64,000 nucleotides of DNA from an uncultured Eubacteriales bacterium (GTDB taxonomy: Bacteria; Acidobacteriota; Aminicenantia; Aminicenantales; Aminicenantaceae): NCBI GenBank assembly GCA_964433135.1, contig CAYSQW010000010.1, positions 15,758-79,757 of the forward strand, in the 5' to 3' direction. Made by a program: the position numbers and the translations under genes. Below are positions 1 to 8,867 of this stretch, piece after piece. The notes below the pieces were generated by a model. It was not told the DNA's origin and ran no database searches. It saw only the letters and a program-made list of their open reading frames with translations. How positions within the stretch are numbered: the stretch's first letter is position 1; each line of letters begins with the position of its first letter.

Positions 1-85
1 CGACCAATCGGTTGCGCGGAAGCTCGACGCTCAGGTTTTTAAGATTGTGCTGAGCCGCTTTGACGACCCGGATATAATTCAACAT
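1..85 (-). CDS. uvrA: UvrA (excinuclease ABC subunit A), N-terminal fragment; the gene continues beyond the window start
   Basis: The reverse complement of 1-85 translates from the ATG at 85 as MLNYIRVVKAAQHNLKNLSVELPRNRLV. This matches the conserved UvrA N-terminus (I.V.GA..HNLKN.....PR..L.V). It is too short to appear in the ORF track. Confidence 0.65.
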   Translation of the reverse strand, partial: MLNYIRVVKAAQHNLKNLSVELPRNRLV

Positions 86-259
86 AAGGCGGTATTTTAG
101 CCTTTTTTGGGTTTTTCAACAAGCCGGAAACCGGAGATCCGGGTATGCCGGGCATCGAGCCTCCGCTTGCCGAAAGCCGATGAGGCATATTCCATTGACC
201 CTTTCAGGACAAAAATTATAAACTATCGAAAGAAGTCCTCCGCAAATAGGGAAGTCGAC

Positions 260-2608
260 ATGAACAAAGAAATACAGCTTTTAAAGTCGCTGGAGACCCT
301 GAAGAGGATAGGATCCAAGAACGATTCCATCCGGGCGATCAAGCACATCCCGGCGCGCGAAGGTCGGTTCCGGGATTATCCGGAAGACGTTCACCCCGCT
401 CTGACCGAGGCCTTGAAAGCCAAGGGATTCAACCGTTTGTACGAGCACCAATATCAAGCCTATCGGCATTTGCATGAAAAACGCAATATCGTCGTCGTGA
501 CCCCGACCGCATCCGGAAAAACTCTCTGTTATAACCTTCCGGTCCTGGATTCCCTGATGAAGGCCCCCTCTTCACGATCGATTTATCTTTTCCCCACCAA
601 AGCCCTGGCACAGGATCAACGAGCCGAATTGGACGAGACCATCAAACAGCTTCCCCAGGAAATCCGGATCTTCACTTATGACGGGGACACGCCGCAGGAT
701 GCACGGAAGGCGATCCGTTCCCGTGGCCACATCATCCTCACCAATCCCGACATGCTTCACACCGGAATCATGCCCCACCACACGAAATGGATCAAGCTAT
801 TCGAGAATCTCGAGTATGTGGTGATCGACGAACTGCATAATTACCGCGGGATCTTCGGCAGCCACCTCGCAAACATCCTGCGCCGGTTGAAAAGAATCGC
901 GGAATTTTACGGCTCATCCCCCAGGTTCGTTCTGTGTACGGCCACTATAGCCAATCCGCGGGAGATGGCGGAGCGCATGACGGAAGAACCCGTTTCGCTC
1001 GTGGATGAGAACGGAGCTCCACAGGGTGAGAAATATTTCATGTTCTACAATCCGCCGGTCGTCAACCGGTTCCTGGGCATCCGCAAATCGTACGTCAAGG
1101 AAGCCCGACGAGTGGCTTCCATTTTCTTGAAGAACCAGCTCCAGACCATCATCTTTGCCCAAAGCCGTCTCATCACTGAAGTCCTTCTTACCTACCTCAA
1201 AGGAGATATCGAAAAAGGTCTTCAGGAGGAAGGTTTGATCCGGGGATACCGAGGCGGATACCTGCCGTTGAAACGCCGCAAAATCGAAAAGGACCTCAGG
1301 GAAGGCCTGATTCGCGGCGTCGTTTCCACCAATGCCCTTGAACTGGGAATAGACATCGGGAGCCTGGACGTGGCCGTAATGGCCGGATATCCGGGGAGCA
1401 TCGCCAGCACCTGGCAGAGAGCGGGGCGGGCCGGACGAAAGACAGGGAAATCCGCCGCCGTCCTGGTCGCGAGGAGCTCGCCGATCGACCAGTTCATCGT
1501 CAATCATCCCGAATATTTTTTCTCTAAAAGCCCGGAGAAAGCCCTTATCAACCCGGACAATCTATCCATATTGATCAGCCACGTGGAATGCGCGGCGTTC
1601 GAACTGCCCTTTCAAGACGGAGACAAATTCGGCGGACTCGAGATAAACGACATCCTTCGCTTCCTTGAGGAGGAGAAACTCGTGCAGCACTCGCGTGACA
1701 AATGGTTCTGGACCTCCGACGCCTACCCCGCGGACGGGGTGAGCCTGCGCAGCATCAGCTCGGATAACTTCGTTGTGGTGGATACGACGGATAAAGCCAA
1801 AGTCATTGCCGAAGTGGATTTTTCTTCGGCCCTGACCGCCCTCCACCCCAAGGCCATCTATATGTGTGAAGGCGTGCAGTATTTTGTCGAGGAGTTGGAT
1901 TTTGAGCAGCGCAAAGCCTATGTCAAGAAAACCGATATCGATTACTATACCGACGCCATCGACTACACCAAGATCAAGATTCTCGATGTCTTCGACCGCA
2001 AGCCCATACCCCGGTCTTCCATTGCTCATGGAGAAGTTCACGTCGCCACCCAGATCGTGGGATTCAAAAAGATCAAATTCCATACCATGGAAAACGTCGG
2101 GGCGGGCGATCTCAGCCTTCCCCAGAATGAAATGCACACCACCTCATACTGGCTGACGATCCCGGCCGACGTCTTTCATTCACTGCCGTATTCGCCCGAA
2201 GAACGCATCAACGGACTGTTCGGATTGGCCTACTGCTTCCATCATGTCTCCCCGTTGTTCATGATGTGCGACATTCACGATGTCGGCGTTTCGGTGGGGG
2301 ACAACACGACCGGAAAATCTCTGCCTCCTCGAAACCTCCCCGCACGCATCACTCATTCTGATGAACCCCTGGATATCATAGATATAGACTTCGAGCCCAA
2401 TATCTTCATATATGATAATTTCCCCGGCGGGATTGGATTGAGCCCTTCCCTTTTCGAACTGGAACGCATTCTTCTGGAGCACTGCAAACAAACCATCGCC
2501 CTCTGCCCCTGCGGGGATGGCTGCCCTTCCTGCGTCGGCCCCGCGAAAGAAAGCGGAAAATTGGCCAAGGAAGTAGCCGCCGGACTGCTCGATGCCATAT
2601 TGGAATGA
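260..2608 (+). CDS. DEAD/DEAH-box (DEXH) helicase with C-terminal DUF1998/MZB zinc domain, MrfA/YprA-like
   Basis: Walker A TPTASGKT, DELH box, helicase C motifs (TNALELGIDIG, QRAGRAGR) and a C-terminal four-Cys cluster CPCGDGCPSC. Start placed at MNKEIQ (ATG 260), preceded by AGGGAAG; the track ORF opens at 107 with a non-ATG codon. Confidence 0.85.
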   Translation: MNKEIQLLKSLETLKRIGSKNDSIRAIKHIPAREGRFRDYPEDVHPALTEALKAKGFNRLYEHQYQAYRHLHEKRNIVVVTPTASGKTLCYNLPVLDSLMKAPSSRSIYLFPTKALAQDQRAELDETIKQLPQEIRIFTYDGDTPQDARKAIRSRGHIILTNPDMLHTGIMPHHTKWIKLFENLEYVVIDELHNYRGIFGSHLANILRRLKRIAEFYGSSPRFVLCTATIANPREMAERMTEEPVSLVDENGAPQGEKYFMFYNPPVVNRFLGIRKSYVKEARRVASIFLKNQLQTIIFAQSRLITEVLLTYLKGDIEKGLQEEGLIRGYRGGYLPLKRRKIEKDLREGLIRGVVSTNALELGIDIGSLDVAVMAGYPGSIASTWQRAGRAGRKTGKSAAVLVARSSPIDQFIVNHPEYFFSKSPEKALINPDNLSILISHVECAAFELPFQDGDKFGGLEINDILRFLEEEKLVQHSRDKWFWTSDAYPADGVSLRSISSDNFVVVDTTDKAKVIAEVDFSSALTALHPKAIYMCEGVQYFVEELDFEQRKAYVKKTDIDYYTDAIDYTKIKILDVFDRKPIPRSSIAHGEVHVATQIVGFKKIKFHTMENVGAGDLSLPQNEMHTTSYWLTIPADVFHSLPYSPEERINGLFGLAYCFHHVSPLFMMCDIHDVGVSVGDNTTGKSLPPRNLPARITHSDEPLDIIDIDFEPNIFIYDNFPGGIGLSPSLFELERILLEHCKQTIALCPCGDGCPSCVGPAKESGKLAKEVAAGLLDAILE

Positions 2609-2626
2609 GATTCGTGCGGAGGGAGC

Positions 2627-3280
2627 CTATTTACCGCTATTGATACGCGCCAGCTGTTTGTCCTCTCCCATGATGATGAGAATATCGCTGTCCTTGATCA
2701 TGAAATCAGCCTTGGGAATGAAGGTTGTCTTTTCCGGGATCAAGCTTTTTATCGCCATCACCTGAATACCGAATTTGTTCCGCAGGTCCAGCTGCTTCAA
2801 GGTCTTACCGATGAATTTCTCCGGAGGCGCGATTTCCTGAATCCCGAATCCCGAAATCAGCGGCAGATATTCCAAAACATTCGGATTGCTGAGTCGACGG
2901 GCCGTGCGAATCGCCATATCCTTCTCAGGATGAATGACCTCGCTCGCGCCGACCGCGTTTAGGATCTTTCCATGATCTTCCGTCAGAGCCTTGGCGATGA
3001 TTTGTTCCGTACCCATTTCACTCAGATAAAGGACGGTAAGAATCGATGACTCCATATCCGGACCCAGGCTGACCACCACGATGTCCATCTCCTGTATCCC
3101 CAAAGCCTGCAAATTTTCCTTATCGGCGGCATCCATGCTCACCGCGTGGGACACAAAAGATTTAACTTCATCGACCTTCTCTTTATCGCGATCCACCGCC
3201 AACACTTCCTGTCCCTTCTCATAGAGCGTTTTCGCGACCTGCCCCCCGAAACTTCCCAAACCTATAACGGCAAACTTCAT
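2627..3280 (-). CDS. trkA: K+ uptake regulatory subunit TrkA/KtrA (RCK N and C domains)
   Basis: N-terminal Rossmann motif MKFAVIGLGSFGG, 217 aa, directly downstream of a TrkH/KtrB-type transporter gene. Confidence 0.9.
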   Translation of the reverse strand: MKFAVIGLGSFGGQVAKTLYEKGQEVLAVDRDKEKVDEVKSFVSHAVSMDAADKENLQALGIQEMDIVVVSLGPDMESSILTVLYLSEMGTEQIIAKALTEDHGKILNAVGASEVIHPEKDMAIRTARRLSNPNVLEYLPLISGFGIQEIAPPEKFIGKTLKQLDLRNKFGIQVMAIKSLIPEKTTFIPKADFMIKDSDILIIMGEDKQLARINSGK

Positions 3281-3388
3281 TTTTATTCTCTCTCCCGATC
3301 AATCAACGGCTTCTCCCGATCCCCGATCGCCTGGATATAATCATTCCCATACGGCCGCTCGTTTCACATTCGGTTCGGCAAATTCATC

Positions 3389-4729
3389 TTAGCCTATCAT
3401 AACGCTTTCTTCAACATACTCATATTTGCCAATCGACCGTTGTCGACTGAACGCATAAAGAAAAGTCAGCGGTCCGATCCGCCCGATGTACATGGTCAGG
3501 ATAATGACGAGCTTGCCGATCAGTCCCAATCGCGGCGTAAGACCCAGCGACAGCCCGACCGTGCCGAAAGCCGAGAAAGCTTCGAACAAAATCTCTTCCA
3601 GAGCCGCTTCGGGATGCGCCAGCACCAGGCAAAAAGAGGAGACCGTAATCACTACGATCGCCAGGGTAACGACCGTAAAAGCCTTGATCGTGAGTTCCCG
3701 CGGCAGTGAACGATAAAACAGGCTGATGGAATCACGCGCCCGCATACTGGAACGCAGAAAAGCCAGGATCACGCCCACGGTGCTGGTTTTCACACCCCCC
3801 CCCGTCGATCCGGAGGATGCTCCGATAAACATCAGGACAATCATAAGAAAAACCGAAGCAAGGCCCAAAGCCCCCAGGTCCATGGTGTTGAAACCAGCGG
3901 TGCGCGCGGTGACGACCTGAAAAAGAGAGGTTAGGATTTTATCCTTCAACGACAGCGTCCGCAGGGAATTTCCCCACTCGATGGCCATGAAGAGGGCACC
4001 CGATCCTCCGATGAGAACGGGGGTTATTACAAGAATCAATTTGCTGTGCAGCGACAGCGCACGTTTCTTCTTCCGCAGCCGACCGCTCAGATTCTTGTTG
4101 ATCTCATGCAGCACGAGAAAACCCAATCCCCCCAGGATGATCAACAGCATCACAATGACATTCACCCGGATATCGTGATTGAAAGATACGAAGCTGTCGC
4201 TGAAAACCGAAAATCCCGCGTTGCAGAACGCGGATATGGAATGAAAAACCGAATTGAATAACGCCCGGCCGTCGGTGAATGTATCTTGCCAGCACAAAAA
4301 CAACGCCAGCGTTCCACACGCTTCGATCACGACGGCATAGATGAAGATATATTTGATCAAAGACTTGAAATTCTTCGGCGTGGAATGATGAAAATTCTCT
4401 TGGACGATGAGGCGCTCCTGGATGGAGATCTTTTTTCCCGCCACCATTAATATGAGAGTGGAGAACGTCATGATCCCCAATCCCCCCAGCTGAAAAAGGA
4501 TCATGATGATGGTCTGGCCGAGCGGGGTGAAATAGGTCGCCGTGTCCTGGACGATCAGCCCGGTCACACAGACCGCCGATGTCGACGTGAAAAACGCATC
4601 GGCGAAAGAAATATGTCCGGATTTCGTACTGAAGGGAAGCCACAGCAGAATGGTTCCGATCAGGATGGCCGCCGCAAAGCTGAAGGCCAGAAACTGGGCC
4701 GGGTGGAAGCGAATATCAACTCTTTTCAT
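3389..4729 (-). CDS. trkH: K+ transporter membrane subunit TrkH/KtrB
   Basis: Polytopic membrane protein with repeated pore-loop motifs (TAGFNT, GTVGLSLG, CNAGFS). Start placed at MKRVDIRFHPAQ (ATG 4729); the track ORF extends to 4804. Confidence 0.85.
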   Translation of the reverse strand: MKRVDIRFHPAQFLAFSFAAAILIGTILLWLPFSTKSGHISFADAFFTSTSAVCVTGLIVQDTATYFTPLGQTIIMILFQLGGLGIMTFSTLILMVAGKKISIQERLIVQENFHHSTPKNFKSLIKYIFIYAVVIEACGTLALFLCWQDTFTDGRALFNSVFHSISAFCNAGFSVFSDSFVSFNHDIRVNVIVMLLIILGGLGFLVLHEINKNLSGRLRKKKRALSLHSKLILVITPVLIGGSGALFMAIEWGNSLRTLSLKDKILTSLFQVVTARTAGFNTMDLGALGLASVFLMIVLMFIGASSGSTGGGVKTSTVGVILAFLRSSMRARDSISLFYRSLPRELTIKAFTVVTLAIVVITVSSFCLVLAHPEAALEEILFEAFSAFGTVGLSLGLTPRLGLIGKLVIILTMYIGRIGPLTFLYAFSRQRSIGKYEYVEESVMIG

Positions 4730-4902
4730 CAGGATGATTCTCTTAACCGCAAGGCTTTCATTCGGGCAGATTCCAACTGTAATCCTTCCTCCTGATTTTG
4801 TCAAACAAGGGGTTGTCGGCAGGCGAATGCAACGAAATCTCTATGCCGCGGTTTAAGTTTTCGGAAACACGCACCGAACCGGGCGGAAGCCCCCGTGTTT
4901 AT

Positions 4903-4931
4903 TTGACAAGAATCCGGGCTTATGCTAATTT
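4903..4931 (+). promoter_or_regulatory. Candidate sigma-70 promoter for the tol-pal operon (TTGACA-17-TAATTT)
   Basis: TTGACA at 4903-4908, 17 nt spacer, TAATTT at 4926-4931, 15 nt upstream of the tolQ ATG. No Shine-Dalgarno in between. Confidence 0.35.
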
Positions 4932-4946
4932 CAATGTTCGAAAACC

Positions 4947-5609
4947 ATGAATCTATTAAATCTAATCACTCAAGCAAGCTACGTTGTAAAATTCGTTCTC
5001 TTGGTACTGCTGTTTTTTTCCGTTTTCTCGTGGGCGATTATCTTCTTCAAACGAAGCGGAATCCGCACCGCCTCCCTACAATCGCGAAGGTTTTTAAAAA
5101 TCTTCCGCAAAAGCCGAAACCTGATGGAGGTCAACGAGGCCGCAAAAAAATTCAGTTCCAGTCCGCAAGCGGCCCTTTTCCAATCCGGATTCAAAGATCT
5201 GGCCTATCTCTCCAAGGGAAATTCTAAGCCGACCTTAAGTCCGGACAATCTGGAGAGCATTAACCGTTCATTGATCAAAGCCTCGAACAAGGAGGTGACC
5301 AAGCTGGAAAAAATGATGAATTTTCTGGCTACGACCGGCGGCGTCACTCCCTTCATCGGCCTCTTTGGAACGGTCTGGGGCATCATGGACTCATTTCACC
5401 AAATCGGCGCGGAGAAATCCGCCAGCCTTGTCACCGTGGCCCCCGGCATCGCCGAAGCGTTGATCGCGACCGCCCTCGGCTTATTCGCGGCCATCCCCGC
5501 CGTTATCGCCTACAACCATTTTCTTCACCGCATCAAGGAGATGGTCTCGGAGATGGAAGACTTTTCCATCGAGTTTCTTAACATCATAGAAAGACTCTAT
5601 GGCATATAA
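4947..5609 (+). CDS. tolQ: TolQ (MotA/TolQ/ExbB proton channel)
   Basis: 220 aa, three TM segments, conserved C-terminal stretch GGVTPFIGLFGTVWGIM...APGIAEALIATALGL. First gene of a tolQRAB-pal-cpoB array. Confidence 0.9.
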   Translation: MNLLNLITQASYVVKFVLLVLLFFSVFSWAIIFFKRSGIRTASLQSRRFLKIFRKSRNLMEVNEAAKKFSSSPQAALFQSGFKDLAYLSKGNSKPTLSPDNLESINRSLIKASNKEVTKLEKMMNFLATTGGVTPFIGLFGTVWGIMDSFHQIGAEKSASLVTVAPGIAEALIATALGLFAAIPAVIAYNHFLHRIKEMVSEMEDFSIEFLNIIERLYGI

Positions 5610-6030
5610 ATTTCGTTCGATCGTCCGCAAAGAAGTGGGGACATCTCTGTCCGAGATAAACGTCACCCCCCTAGTCGACGTTATGCTGGTCATGCTGATC
5701 ATCTTCATGGTCACGGCCCCCATGATGCAGTCAGGCATCGGCGTCAACCTTCCCCAGGCCGAAACGGAATCGGCTCCCGCGGAAGAAGGTTTGACCCTGA
5801 CCATCACCGAAGACCGCTACATCCATATCGGCGATACCGCCATCAATCAGTTTCTGCTTGAGCAAAAACTGAAGGAATATTTTTATGGTAAGGATAAAAA
5901 GATCGTTTTTATCCGAGCGGATGAACGGCTCTCCTACGGCTTTGTGATCACGGTTCTCGATATCATCAAGAAGGCTGAGGTCGAAGTCGTCGGACTTGTG
6001 GCTCAACCGCTGGATAAAAAGCGAAAATAG
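5599..6030 (+). CDS. tolR: TolR (ExbD/TolR family)
   Basis: 143 aa with the motif EINVTPLVDVMLVMLIIFM, which includes the conserved Asp in the TM helix. Overlaps the tolQ end by 11 nt. Confidence 0.9.
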   Translation: MAYKFRSIVRKEVGTSLSEINVTPLVDVMLVMLIIFMVTAPMMQSGIGVNLPQAETESAPAEEGLTLTITEDRYIHIGDTAINQFLLEQKLKEYFYGKDKKIVFIRADERLSYGFVITVLDIIKKAEVEVVGLVAQPLDKKRK

Positions 6031-6032
6031 CG

Positions 6033-6878
6033 ATGGCCGTAATGAGCCGGGACTACCGAGATTTCAAGCGCGGCGTCATCTTTTCCGTATCCGCCCATCT
6101 GGTGCTTATCATCCTGTTGATGATCTCGCCTCACTTTCCCAAAAACTCATCCAAAGGCATGGTCCATTATGTCAATGTCATTTCTTTTCCCGGGGGAGGA
6201 GGCGGATCCGGAGGCGGTGGAATGGGAGGAGCCCCCGGAGGAGGCGGCGGCGGCGGGGAAAAGGCGGTCGCCACTCCTGTCCCCGCCCGGGAACGGCTCA
6301 GCGACCTCACTACGCCGCAAAGACTCATCCAACAGAAACCCGCCAGCATGCGCTTTCCGGTAGAAAGACCGAAGCGCGAGCGCAAACCCCCGGAGGAAAA
6401 GAGAACCGTCATCCAGCGGCGGTCAAACACCCCCGCTTCGGGCAAGGGCACGGAAGAAGGCACTGGAGAGGAAGGTGCTGGAGGTGGAGGCGGTGGAGGC
6501 GGCCTGCGGATGGGCATCGGCGGCAGTGGAGGCGGCGGAGGATGGGGCGGCGGAGGATCATCGTATTCATCTCAGATAGGTCTCTCCTCTTTTCCCTACA
6601 CTTATTACCTCCAGACGATCCATGGGCGCATCTCCAGCAATTGGTTTACATCCCAGGTCCGTGCCGGCGTATCGGGAAAATACCATACCACCGTCTTTTT
6701 CAAGATCACACGAGACGGCCGTATAGACGGATTGAAAATCGAGGAGGGCAGCGGTATCCGGGCCTTGGATTTATCGGCCCGACGGGCCATCGAGTCGTCG
6801 GCTCCCTTCCCCCCGCTGCCCAGAGAATACGAAGACGAATACCTAGGCATACATCTTATTTTCGAGCACACCCCATGA
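6033..6878 (+). CDS. TolA/TonB-family energy transducer with glycine-rich linker
   Basis: N-terminal TM anchor, two long poly-Gly tracts, and a C-terminal TonB_C-like fold (GKYHTTVFFKITRDGRIDGLKIEEGSGIRALDLSARRAIESSAPFPPLP). It occupies the tolA slot between tolR and tolB. Confidence 0.8.
   Translation: MAVMSRDYRDFKRGVIFSVSAHLVLIILLMISPHFPKNSSKGMVHYVNVISFPGGGGGSGGGGMGGAPGGGGGGGEKAVATPVPARERLSDLTTPQRLIQQKPASMRFPVERPKRERKPPEEKRTVIQRRSNTPASGKGTEEGTGEEGAGGGGGGGGLRMGIGGSGGGGGWGGGGSSYSSQIGLSSFPYTYYLQTIHGRISSNWFTSQVRAGVSGKYHTTVFFKITRDGRIDGLKIEEGSGIRALDLSARRAIESSAPFPPLPREYEDEYLGIHLIFEHTP
6192..6560 (+). repeat. GGN-codon low-complexity tracts inside the tolA-like CDS
   Basis: 6192-6257 encodes GGGGGSGGGGMGGAPGGGGGGG. 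About 6471-6560 encodes GAGGGGGGGGLRMGIGGSGGGGGWGGGGS. Confidence 0.9.
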
Positions 6879-8167
6879 AGAACAAAACAACCATCATCTG
6901 GATTTTTCTGCTTTGCGCGTTCGGTCAACAGGCGGTCGCCCAGCAGGAAGTCGTAATGAGCATTAAGGAAGGCATGCCGATCATCCCGGTCGCCGTTCCC
7001 GATTTTGTCATACGAGAAACGGCGCCAAGCCTGAAAAAGGCCGCCGATACCCTGCGGGACGTCATCACGGCCGATCTGAAATACAGCCGTGTTTTCACGA
7101 CGCTCCCATCCAGCTACTACGGGTACATCCGGCCGTTGAATCCGGAGCGTATCTTCTTCAAGGATTGGGAATCGATCCAGGCGAAACTGCTTTTCGTCGG
7201 AGAAGTCGCGACCGCGGGCGGCGAAGATCTTCTCGTCGAGGCAAAAATCTACGATGTCAAGTCCGAAAGATTCATCGTCGGCAAACGCTATCAAACGGAA
7301 AAAGATCTTCTTCGTTTGGTCGCGCATAAAATTTCCAATGAATTCATGAAAATCTATGGAGAGCCCGAGATCTTCACCACGAAAATCATTTTCGTTTCCA
7401 ACCGGGACGAAAACGATGAACTTTACATGATGGACTACGACGGGTACAACCAGACCCGATTGACTTTCAATAAATACAAGGATTACATGCCCTCCTGGTC
7501 GATGGACGGGTCCAAGATCGCCTACACGGTATATCGCGGCGGCCTGACCGGATTATACATGCTGGATGTCTTCGCGGGAAAACGATCGGAAATCTACACG
7601 AAAGGGACCAGTTACGGCGCATCTTTTTCCCCCAACGGGAAAAAGATGGTTTTTTGCTCTACCGGCGACGAGTCGAACGCCGAACTGTATATCGCCGAAA
7701 GCGACGGCTCGCGCTGCAAACGCCTGACTTTCAACAAAGCCATCGATACCGCTCCTTCCTGGTCACCCACCAATCGTGAAATCGCCTTCACGTCCGACCG
7801 AGGAGGTACGCCTCAAATCTATATCATGGATGCCGAAGGATCCAACGTGCGCCGCATGAGCTTCGGAGGCAACTATCACGATGCTCCGGCATGGGCGCCC
7901 ACAGGAGACAGGATCGCCTACGTCTCCCGCGTCTACTCCATATTCGACATCTACATCCTGAATCTGCAGTCGCAACAGATCGTAAAACTCACGGAGAGCA
8001 ATGCCCGCAACGAGTCTCCCTGTTGGTCCCCGGACGGCCGACACCTTATCTTCTCCTCAAACCGAAGCGGAAGCATTCAGCTGTACACCATCGATTATGA
8101 CGGTTCCCATCTCAGACGTCTGACATCTCAGGGTACGAACAAACTTCCCGACTGGTCTCGAAATTGA
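6875..8167 (+). CDS. tolB: TolB periplasmic beta-propeller protein
   Basis: Signal peptide MKNKTTIIWIFLLCAFGQQAVAQQ followed by repeated PxWSPDG-type blades (PSWSMDGSKIAY, FSPNGKKMVF, PSWSPTNREIAF, PAWAPTGDRIAY, PCWSPDGRHLIF). The ATG at 6875 overlaps the tolA-like stop (ATGA). The 5996 start in the track is an artefactual Arg-rich extension. Confidence 0.9.
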   Translation: MKNKTTIIWIFLLCAFGQQAVAQQEVVMSIKEGMPIIPVAVPDFVIRETAPSLKKAADTLRDVITADLKYSRVFTTLPSSYYGYIRPLNPERIFFKDWESIQAKLLFVGEVATAGGEDLLVEAKIYDVKSERFIVGKRYQTEKDLLRLVAHKISNEFMKIYGEPEIFTTKIIFVSNRDENDELYMMDYDGYNQTRLTFNKYKDYMPSWSMDGSKIAYTVYRGGLTGLYMLDVFAGKRSEIYTKGTSYGASFSPNGKKMVFCSTGDESNAELYIAESDGSRCKRLTFNKAIDTAPSWSPTNREIAFTSDRGGTPQIYIMDAEGSNVRRMSFGGNYHDAPAWAPTGDRIAYVSRVYSIFDIYILNLQSQQIVKLTESNARNESPCWSPDGRHLIFSSNRSGSIQLYTIDYDGSHLRRLTSQGTNKLPDWSRN

Positions 8168-8226
8168 CGGCCCGCATTTTCTGAACAGGTCGGATCGATT
8201 TTTTTAAACCTAGTCGGAAGATGATA

Positions 8227-8257
8227 TTGACATCCGACTTGTTTAAATGTATATAAT
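8227..8257 (+). promoter_or_regulatory. Candidate internal sigma-70 promoter upstream of pal
   Basis: TTGACA 8227-8232, then TATATA at 17 nt (8250-8255) or TATAAT at 19 nt (8252-8257). Lies in the 150 nt tolB-pal gap. Confidence 0.35.
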
Positions 8258-8318
8258 TGTCCCAGAGTGCCAAGTGTTTGCATGTAAAGGTGATAAATAA
8301 ACATCCAAAGGAGTACCC

Positions 8319-8864
8319 ATGAAAAAATTTCTGATCCTTTCATTATCCTGTCTTTTGGTGTTGTCCTTTCTCGTATCCTGCAGGAAAAAAGTGGAAGAGA
8401 CACCTCCTCCGCCTCCTCAGGTCAAAGAACAACCAAAGGTTGAAAAGGTTGAAAAACCTGCGGCCCCGCCTCGCCTGACTGAAGAGGAGATTTTCCAAAA
8501 GAAATCCCTGGAAGAGTTGAACGCTGAAAAACCCGTCCAATTGATCTTCTTCGATTTCGACAAATACAACATTCGCGATGACGCCAAATCCGTCCTCCAA
8601 AACAATGCGTCCTATCTGAAAAAATGGACAAGCGTAAAAGTCCTGATCGAAGGGCATTGCGACGAAAGAGGCACGGAACAGTACAACCTGGCACTGGGAG
8701 AAAAACGGGCCAAAAGCGCCTACGACTATTTGGTATCACTCGGAATTTCCCCAGACCGCCTCAAAACCATCTCCTATGGAAAAAGCCAGCCCCTCGACAC
8801 CGCCAGCAACGAAATTGCGTGGCAGAAAAACCGAAGGGCTCAATTCACAATCATCGAAAAGTAA
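8319..8864 (+). CDS. pal: Peptidoglycan-associated lipoprotein Pal (OmpA family)
   Basis: Lipobox LVSC and an OmpA-like C-domain (IFFDFDKYNIRDDA, IEGHCDERGTEQYNLALGEKRA, NRRAQF). Strong SD AAAGGAG upstream. Confidence 0.92.
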   Translation: MKKFLILSLSCLLVLSFLVSCRKKVEETPPPPPQVKEQPKVEKVEKPAAPPRLTEEEIFQKKSLEELNAEKPVQLIFFDFDKYNIRDDAKSVLQNNASYLKKWTSVKVLIEGHCDERGTEQYNLALGEKRAKSAYDYLVSLGISPDRLKTISYGKSQPLDTASNEIAWQKNRRAQFTIIEK

Positions 8865-8867
8865 TTT

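Noticed and set aside
260-2608. DUF1998 helicase as part of a DISARM-like or other phage-defence system
   Set aside because: The single-polypeptide helicase-plus-MZB architecture of about 780 aa matches the housekeeping MrfA/YprA type. None of the partner genes (methyltransferase, PLD nuclease, SNF2 helicase) are adjacent; the neighbours are uvrA and trkA.
6167-6517. Poly-proline ORF (116 aa) on the minus strand
   Set aside because: It is the reverse complement of the GGN glycine tracts of the tolA-like gene. It is not an independent gene.
5996-6874. N-terminal roughly 290-aa Arg-rich extension of the tolB reading frame (track ORF 5996-8167)
   Set aside because: It overlaps the whole tolA-like gene in another frame and is an artefact of the GGN-repeat region. 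TolB has its own ATG with a signal peptide at 6875.
8267-8283. Sigma-54-like element GTGCCAAGTGTTTGCAT upstream of pal
   Set aside because: The -24 core reads TGCCA, not TGGCA, so there is no GG dinucleotide. A sigma-70-type TTGACA/TATAAT pair nearby explains the region better.
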